Positions 26,342-32,000 of a DNA stretch of 32,000 nt are shown piece by piece; position 1 is the first letter of the stretch; each line of letters begins with the position of its first letter. The notes below the pieces were generated by a model. The model saw nothing but the letters and a program-made list of their open reading frames with translations. It was not told the origin of the DNA and did not search any database. The stretch comes from Nostoc punctiforme PCC 73102 (GTDB lineage: Bacteria > Cyanobacteriota > Cyanobacteriia > Cyanobacteriales > Nostocaceae). The stretch covers positions 5,190,001 to 5,222,000 of the forward strand of contig NC_010628.1 of the NCBI RefSeq assembly GCF_000020025.1, in the 5' to 3' direction. The position numbers and the translations under genes were made by a program.

Positions 26342-26998
26342 ATGAGTCAGTCGATTACTGTATCCTGGTCAACGGTTGATGCAAAGTATCCAGAAGCATC
26401 AGTGCAAGTTGACAAACTCCCTAACCACGATTTAATTTTGCGCTGTCAAGCGGGACTGCGGCCAGATCGTGTTGCGTTTTCAGAACTATTACGCCGCTAT
26501 CAAAGTCAAGTTGATAGAGTTTTGTACCACCTAGCTCCAGATTGGGCTGACAGAGCCGATTTAGCTCAAGAAGTTTGGATTCGAGTGTATCGGAATATTA
26601 ACCGATTACAAGAACCTGCTAAATTTCGGGGCTGGTTAAGCCGCATTGCTACCAACTTGTTTTACGATGAGTTACGGAAACGCAAGCGGGTTGTTAGCCC
26701 TTTATCACTGGATGCTCCCCGCTCGTTAGAGGACGGTGAGATGGATTGGGAAATCGCTGGCGATACTCCCGGACCTGAAGAAGAACTGACAACTAGAGAA
26801 TTTTACGAGCAATTGCGGGAAGCAATCGCGGATTTACCAGAAGTCTTTCGTACAACCATTGTCCTGAGAGAAATCGAGGGCATGGCTTATGAAGAAATTG
26901 CTGAAATCACTGGAGTTTCTTTAGGAACTGTGAAGTCAAGAATAGCCAGAGCTAGATCCAGACTGCAAGCTTACTTGCAGAATTATCTAGATTCCTAA
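26342..26998 (+). CDS. ECF-type RNA polymerase sigma factor (sigma-70 regions 2 and 4); possibly the Nostocales SigG-type envelope-stress sigma
   Basis: Region 2 is DLAQEVWIRVYRNI..F.GWL..IA.N...D. Region 4 HTH is YEEIAEITGVSLGTVKSRIARAR. Confidence 0.85.
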   Translation: MSQSITVSWSTVDAKYPEASVQVDKLPNHDLILRCQAGLRPDRVAFSELLRRYQSQVDRVLYHLAPDWADRADLAQEVWIRVYRNINRLQEPAKFRGWLSRIATNLFYDELRKRKRVVSPLSLDAPRSLEDGEMDWEIAGDTPGPEEELTTREFYEQLREAIADLPEVFRTTIVLREIEGMAYEEIAEITGVSLGTVKSRIARARSRLQAYLQNYLDS

Positions 26999-27155
26999 TT
27001 TACAGTATCTTGCCTCTGTCCAATGACAGAATTTAAGCATAGATTAAGAATTACCAGAAAGACGTAGATTGCTTCCATCCTAAGAAGGAAAAATGGCTAA
27101 TTTTACCGAAATTCCCGCCCAGTTTACCCGTGTATGAATTGGTAATAATGTTAAG

Positions 27156-27770
27156 ATGACTACTGATTCTCAGTTTTACGACCGTTCTTCTTTGCAACTT
27201 CCTCAAGATTTGTCAGATGGAATGGCCAAGCATACCAATGAATCAACGGGTCTTATGGATATGGTGAAGCGCGATCGCTTCGAGTTATTGAGTGCTTACC
27301 TCGATGGTGAAGTCACAGCCCCTGAACGCAGGCAAGTAGAAGAATGGCTGGCAAATGATGCCTCGGTTCAATGCTTGTATGCGCGACTGTTAAAGCTACG
27401 CCAAGGCTTGCGGACTCTCCCAATCCCCACAGCCCAAAAGTCACCAGAAGCAACAGTTCAGCAAGTATTCACACGTTTGCGCCGCCGTTCCCGTTTAAAC
27501 TGGATGGCGGGAGGTGCAGCTGTTGCTGCCTGCGTAATCGGTGCAGTATCTAGCTTAGTACCTGGTGGTTTGAATGTGCCGCAACTGGCGCAACGACCAC
27601 AAAAAGAACCGATTCAAACATCCTCAGCGTCTATAATTCCACCTTCCCCTTTGATGGTGGGACTAAATAATCCGGTTATTGAAATTCCTAAAGCAGCAGT
27701 AGCTTCTCCAAAAAATCCAATCTATCCGGTACAGCCACAACGCCACGACTCCAAACAAGACATTAACTAA
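27156..27770 (+). CDS. Membrane-spanning anti-sigma factor (single TM), partner of the upstream ECF sigma (SapG-like)
   Basis: Anti-sigma N-domain pattern FELLSAYLDGEVTAPERRQVEEWLANDASVQ, without the zinc-binding HxxxCxxC ligands. TM segment WMAGGAAVAACVIGAVSSLV. Confidence 0.65.
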   Translation: MTTDSQFYDRSSLQLPQDLSDGMAKHTNESTGLMDMVKRDRFELLSAYLDGEVTAPERRQVEEWLANDASVQCLYARLLKLRQGLRTLPIPTAQKSPEATVQQVFTRLRRRSRLNWMAGGAAVAACVIGAVSSLVPGGLNVPQLAQRPQKEPIQTSSASIIPPSPLMVGLNNPVIEIPKAAVASPKNPIYPVQPQRHDSKQDIN

Positions 27771-27795
27771 TCGCAAAGTTAACAGTTCACAGACC

Positions 27796-28212
27796 CTAAC
27801 TGTACTTTGCGGTTAAACAACAGCCACTCCACCAACCGTCAGGTTGGAGGAATCCTCCTAATTGCTCAACTTGCTCTAGAGCCATTAAATAAACCAAAGC
27901 CAAACCCAAAGATAGCGACTGTGGTTCATAAACCTCGATAATTTGCCGATTATAGAGGTTTTCTGCTGGTAGTCTAGAGGGCTGGTAATTTTCCAGCACA
28001 TCTAGCTCATTTAAAATTCTTGGGTTGGGAAAAGATAGTAAATACCCGTAAACTTTGCTATTTCCAAGCGTCATTGCTGGGTAGCCCATTGGCAGAGCAA
28101 ACAATTTACCTTCTACAAAAGCTTTTTTGACATCAACTACTTTGCCAGCACAGTATTTTTTATAGTTAGCTTCACCTGGTTTGAGTGTGCCGTACACAAA
28201 AACCCGCACCAA
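27796..28212 (-). CDS. Gamma-glutamylcyclotransferase-like (AIG2/GGACT family) protein
   Basis: N-terminal VFVYGTLKPGEANY motif. Size ~138 aa. TTG or GTG start (28212 or 28209). Confidence 0.8.
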   Translation of the reverse strand: MVRVFVYGTLKPGEANYKKYCAGKVVDVKKAFVEGKLFALPMGYPAMTLGNSKVYGYLLSFPNPRILNELDVLENYQPSRLPAENLYNRQIIEVYEPQSLSLGLALVYLMALEQVEQLGGFLQPDGWWSGCCLTAKYS

Positions 28213-28408
28213 ATCAGAAAATTTTATATTTGATTAAACCATCTAAACCTTCATCAAATGACTCTTGCCATACCTGAAACACTAGCATTCAGGCACAATT
28301 TGACTGATGCTCAATTATATAAATCTGTGATTAGTTGACCTACAATATAGGTTAACCTAACAGGTTGACATAACAGGTTAACCTAGACAGACCCATTAGG
28401 AGAATTTT

Positions 28409-31027
28409 TTGGTGGATTCCCGATATAACCCAGCAGCGATTGAGGAAAAACGGCAGAAAACATGGTTAGAACTTGGCTTAGATAAAACACCTTCAGCTAG
28501 CAACAAGCCAAAATTCTACGCTTTATCCATGTTCCCTTATCCATCGGGCAGCCTACACATGGGTCACGTCCGTAATTATACCATTACTGACGTGATTGCC
28601 CGCTTCAAGCGAATGCAAGGGTATCGGGTAATACACCCAATGGGTTGGGATGCCTTTGGCTTGCCAGCAGAAAATGCCGCTATTGACCGTGGTGTACCGC
28701 CAGCAAAGTGGACTTATCAGAATATTACCCAGATGCGGCAGCAATTACAGCGTCTTGGTTTATCAATTGATTGGGAATGTGAATTAGCTACTTGTTCACC
28801 AGATTATTACAAGTGGACACAATGGATTTTCTTGCAGTTTTTGCAAGCAGGGTTAGCTTACCAAAAAGAAGCAGCCGTAAACTGGGACCCCATTGACCAA
28901 ACTGTATTAGCAAATGAGCAAGTTGATAACGAAGGACGTTCCTGGCGCAGTGGCGCAATAGTTGAGCGCAAATTGTTGCGGCAGTGGTTTTTTAAGATTA
29001 CCGACTACGCCGAAGAATTACTCAATGACTTGGATAAGTTGACAGGTTGGCCGGAACGGGTCAAATTGATGCAGGCAAACTGGATTGGTAAATCCACAGG
29101 CGCTTATTTAGAATTTCCCATTGTTGGGATAGATGAAAAAATCGCTGTGTATACCACGCGCCCAGATACAGTTTATGGTGTCAGTTATTTAGTATTAGCA
29201 CCAGAACATCCTTTAACAAATCGCGTTACCACAAAAGAACAACAAGCGGCGGTAGAAGTCTTTATTAAAGAGGTTTCTAATCAAAGTGAGTTGGAACGTA
29301 CTTCTGAAGACAAACCTAAGCGGGGTATCCCTACCGGTGGTGTGGCAATTAACCCGTTTACAGGGGAAGAAGTGCCTATTTGGATTGCTGACTATGTACT
29401 GTATGAGTATGGTACTGGGGCGGTGATGGGTGTACCCGCACACGATGTCCGGGATTTTAAGTTTGCTAAAAATTACGATTTACCAATTAATTTTGTCATC
29501 GCTTCCCCAGATGATGTTGCAGGTTTTGACTTAACTCCAACATCAGAGATTGATGGAATCACACAACTTGTTGAAGTTGACTATAAGCAGGCATACACTG
29601 AACCAGGAATTTTAATTAATTCTGGGGCTTTTACTGGTATATCTTCCACAGATGCTAAACAAGCCATAATTGAATACGCCGAAAAACAAGATTTTGGTAA
29701 AGTGCGAGTGCAATATCGCTTGCGGGATTGGTTAATTTCCCGGCAGCGTTACTGGGGCGCACCGATACCTGTAATTCACTGTCCCAACTGTGGGATAGTG
29801 CCAGTGCCTGACAAAGATTTACCAGTCCAGTTGCCAGAAGAGGTGGAATTTACTGGACGTTGCGGTTCACCTTTGACTCAGTTGGAAAGCTGGGTAAATG
29901 TGCCTTGTCCAACTTGCGGCACTCCAGCGAAGCGCGAAACTGACACGATGGACACTTTTATTGATTCCTCGTGGTATTTCTTGCGCTTCCCTGACGCTAA
30001 AAATGAACAACAGGTTTTCGATTCCAGTAAAGTAAACGACTGGATGCCAGTGAATCAGTACGTGGGTGGGATTGAACACGCGATTCTACATTTGTTGTAT
30101 TCGCGGTTCTTTACTAAAGTACTCCGGGACAGAGGGTTACTGAACTTTGATGAACCTTTCCAACGTCTGTTAACTCAAGGGATGGTACAGGGTTTAACTT
30201 ACCTAAATCCCAATAAGGGCGGTAAAGATAAATGGATTCCTTCTAATCTGGTCAATTCTGCTGACCCCCGCGACCCTCAGACAGACGAACCTTTGCAACG
30301 TCTCTACGCCACCATGTCTAAATCAAAGGGCAACGGTGTCGCGCCAGAAGATGTAATTTCCAAATATGGTATAGACACAGCAAGGATGTTCATCTTGTTC
30401 AAAGCACCACCAGAAAAAGACCTGGAATGGGATGAAGCCGATGTGGAAGGACAATTCCGCTTTTTAAATCGGGTTTGGCGTTTGGTGACGGATTATATTA
30501 CTGCTGGGGTATCCCGTAAGAAAGCCCAATCTGATTTAACTAAGGCTGAAAAGGAATTGCGGCGGGCGATTCACACGGCTATTCAAGCGGTGACGGAAGA
30601 TGTGGAAGACGAATATCAATTCAACACAGCTATTTCCGAATTGATGAAGTTGAGTAATGCCCTAAGTGATGCTGACAAAAATTCACCAATTTACGCAGAA
30701 GGTATTCGGACTTTGGTGATATTAATCGCACCCTTTGCACCACATATTGCTGATGAATTGTGGCATTTGTTGGGTGAAAGTGATTCAATTCACACTCAAA
30801 CTTGGCCATCATTTGACCCTGCTGCTTTAGTAGCTGATGAAATCACTTTAGTGATTCAAGTTATGGGTAAAACTCGCGGCGCGATTCAAGTACCAGCACA
30901 AGCAGATAAAGCAGCGTTGGAGAAATACGCCCGTGAATCAGAAATTGCCCAGCGTTACATCGAAGGCAAAGAGATTAAAAAGGTAATTGTAGTGCCTGGC
31001 AAGTTAGTGAATTTTGTAGTCAGCTAA
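28409..31027 (+). CDS. leuS: Leucine--tRNA ligase
   Basis: HIGH-type motif [20 protein letters not shown]-type motif [10 protein letters not shown]1 editing region, full length 872 aa. TTG at 28409 or GTG at 28412 as start. Confidence 0.95.
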   Translation: MVDSRYNPAAIEEKRQKTWLELGLDKTPSASNKPKFYALSMFPYPSGSLHMGHVRNYTITDVIARFKRMQGYRVIHPMGWDAFGLPAENAAIDRGVPPAKWTYQNITQMRQQLQRLGLSIDWECELATCSPDYYKWTQWIFLQFLQAGLAYQKEAAVNWDPIDQTVLANEQVDNEGRSWRSGAIVERKLLRQWFFKITDYAEELLNDLDKLTGWPERVKLMQANWIGKSTGAYLEFPIVGIDEKIAVYTTRPDTVYGVSYLVLAPEHPLTNRVTTKEQQAAVEVFIKEVSNQSELERTSEDKPKRGIPTGGVAINPFTGEEVPIWIADYVLYEYGTGAVMGVPAHDVRDFKFAKNYDLPINFVIASPDDVAGFDLTPTSEIDGITQLVEVDYKQAYTEPGILINSGAFTGISSTDAKQAIIEYAEKQDFGKVRVQYRLRDWLISRQRYWGAPIPVIHCPNCGIVPVPDKDLPVQLPEEVEFTGRCGSPLTQLESWVNVPCPTCGTPAKRETDTMDTFIDSSWYFLRFPDAKNEQQVFDSSKVNDWMPVNQYVGGIEHAILHLLYSRFFTKVLRDRGLLNFDEPFQRLLTQGMVQGLTYLNPNKGGKDKWIPSNLVNSADPRDPQTDEPLQRLYATMSKSKGNGVAPEDVISKYGIDTARMFILFKAPPEKDLEWDEADVEGQFRFLNRVWRLVTDYITAGVSRKKAQSDLTKAEKELRRAIHTAIQAVTEDVEDEYQFNTAISELMKLSNALSDADKNSPIYAEGIRTLVILIAPFAPHIADELWHLLGESDSIHTQTWPSFDPAALVADEITLVIQVMGKTRGAIQVPAQADKAALEKYARESEIAQRYIEGKEIKKVIVVPGKLVNFVVS

Positions 31028-31577
31028 AAGTAGAGGGAAGAGATATGCTTAGGACTTATGCACTGAAAACCTAAAATGTCTATTCCCTCTAAGCTACACC
31101 ACTTGCTCAAGACTTCCAAAACGCAGTTTACAGCACGAATAAATGAGGCTGTAATAGCAGAAGAATCGTCGCAAGAAAAACTAATTCGTGTGGTACGTCC
31201 AGTCAGTTAAAAGATTTTAATAGAAGGTAGAAACTTTAAATATTCAATAAGCGTAATTTATGCTCAAAAACTATTTGGGATATTTTGCCACGGGCATTGA
31301 GGCAAAATGTTTTTAGAGTAGTCTGTGCATGAAGTGATAGCGTCCACCAATGTCCTGAGTAAAAGACATTCTGAAAGCAGGCGGATTTCAAAGATATCTA
31401 TAACTATGACAGCAAAGAATAGTACAAAGAAAGAAGTGCTAGATCGTATTTATTAAAGCATTAATACTAAAGCTATCAAGAAGTATTGTAACAGTAGTTT
31501 CTTTTTCTGGTGTATGTGTATTTAAAAACATTTGTATTACCGTTCAAAGAGTTAAATTGTTTTATTTATACACGAAA

Positions 31578-31610
31578 AAGCGCTTGAGAGTTTTGCTCAC
31601 TCAAGCGCTT
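31578..31610 (-). terminator. Intrinsic terminator oriented on the minus strand
   Basis: 11-bp stem aagcgcttgag / ctcaagcgctt with an 11-nt loop. On the minus strand the hairpin runs into TTTTTCG (a run of five T/U). The plus strand has no T-run. Confidence 0.55.
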
Positions 31611-32000
31611 CCCCGTAAAAGCTTATACCAACTCACTTGTTTGATGCAACATTTGAAATCTGCAACACCCCCTTATCAGGGAGTATTGCGGGGATAACTT
31701 GTGACAAACATTTGGTGAAATGGTATCACTCCTTGCACTAACTAAGAATATCTCTTTTACAAGAAAACCGGGGATCTGGTGAGTGACAGTTTATGAACTG
31801 AACACTAGTTAAAAACGACTCACCATGAATGGTAACTAACGAAACTAAGCACAATTGTAGCAAGTTTGTAAGTATAGTATAAAAACTTGTAGTTGATTAG
31901 CGTATGCATAGGCATTGCCTGCCTCTGAGTAAACCTTCAAAATATGTAGCAATTAACAGCATAAATATCTCAAGTTTGGCAGCAAATAAACCGGAAAGTA

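Noticed and set aside
31897-32000. Two minus-strand open frames entering from the right window edge (ending at 31953 and 31897)
   Set aside because: They are 16 and 33 codons long with no recognisable sequence. I cannot tell from this window whether either is the C-terminus of a real gene.

Overview
This 32 kb window looks like chromosomal DNA from a Nostocales-type filamentous cyanobacterium. By my manual count it has about 23 copies of the HIP1 octamer GCGATCGC. It also has tandem-heptamer hairpin repeats in many spacers, long AT-rich ORF-free intergenic regions, and typical gene content (NifJ, a DevBCA-type exporter, an ECF sigma/anti-sigma pair). I can support about 25 protein genes. In window order they are: nifJ (5' part, running off the window), an orphan conserved hypothetical gene in an AT-rich patch, a DUF1400-type alpha/beta hydrolase, an M28 peptidase, a Doc toxin with a small antitoxin, a UreH/DsbD_2-like membrane protein fused to a ferric-reductase-like domain plus a secreted partner, galE, a membrane protein, an ABC exporter, a secreted two-domain nuclease, a divergent HupE/UreJ-like protein, a devB/devC/devA-like operon, an M23 peptidase, a ComFB-domain protein, an L,D-transpeptidase with internal repeats, an ECF sigma factor and its anti-sigma factor, a gamma-glutamylcyclotransferase-like protein, and leuS. 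I found no rRNA, tRNA, CRISPR array, transposase, integrase, phage gene or recognisable multi-gene defence island. I cannot point to a clear-cut new system. The candidates most worth a second look are: (1) the Cys-motif transporter::ferric-reductase fusion with a secreted protein predicted to mature to an N-terminal His (8809-10729); (2) a HupE-like protein whose canonical His ligands are replaced, with a Fur-family-like box upstream; (3) a heptamer-type low-complexity tract translated in frame inside nifJ; (4) a secreted nuclease with both EEP and endonuclease-I domains; (5) an envelope-themed neighbourhood of M23 peptidase, ComFB, L,D-transpeptidase and ECF sigma/anti-sigma, with a sigma-E-like promoter match; (6) several candidate structured or non-coding elements and MITE-like repeats. 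All family assignments come from reading motifs in the translations. No database search was run.
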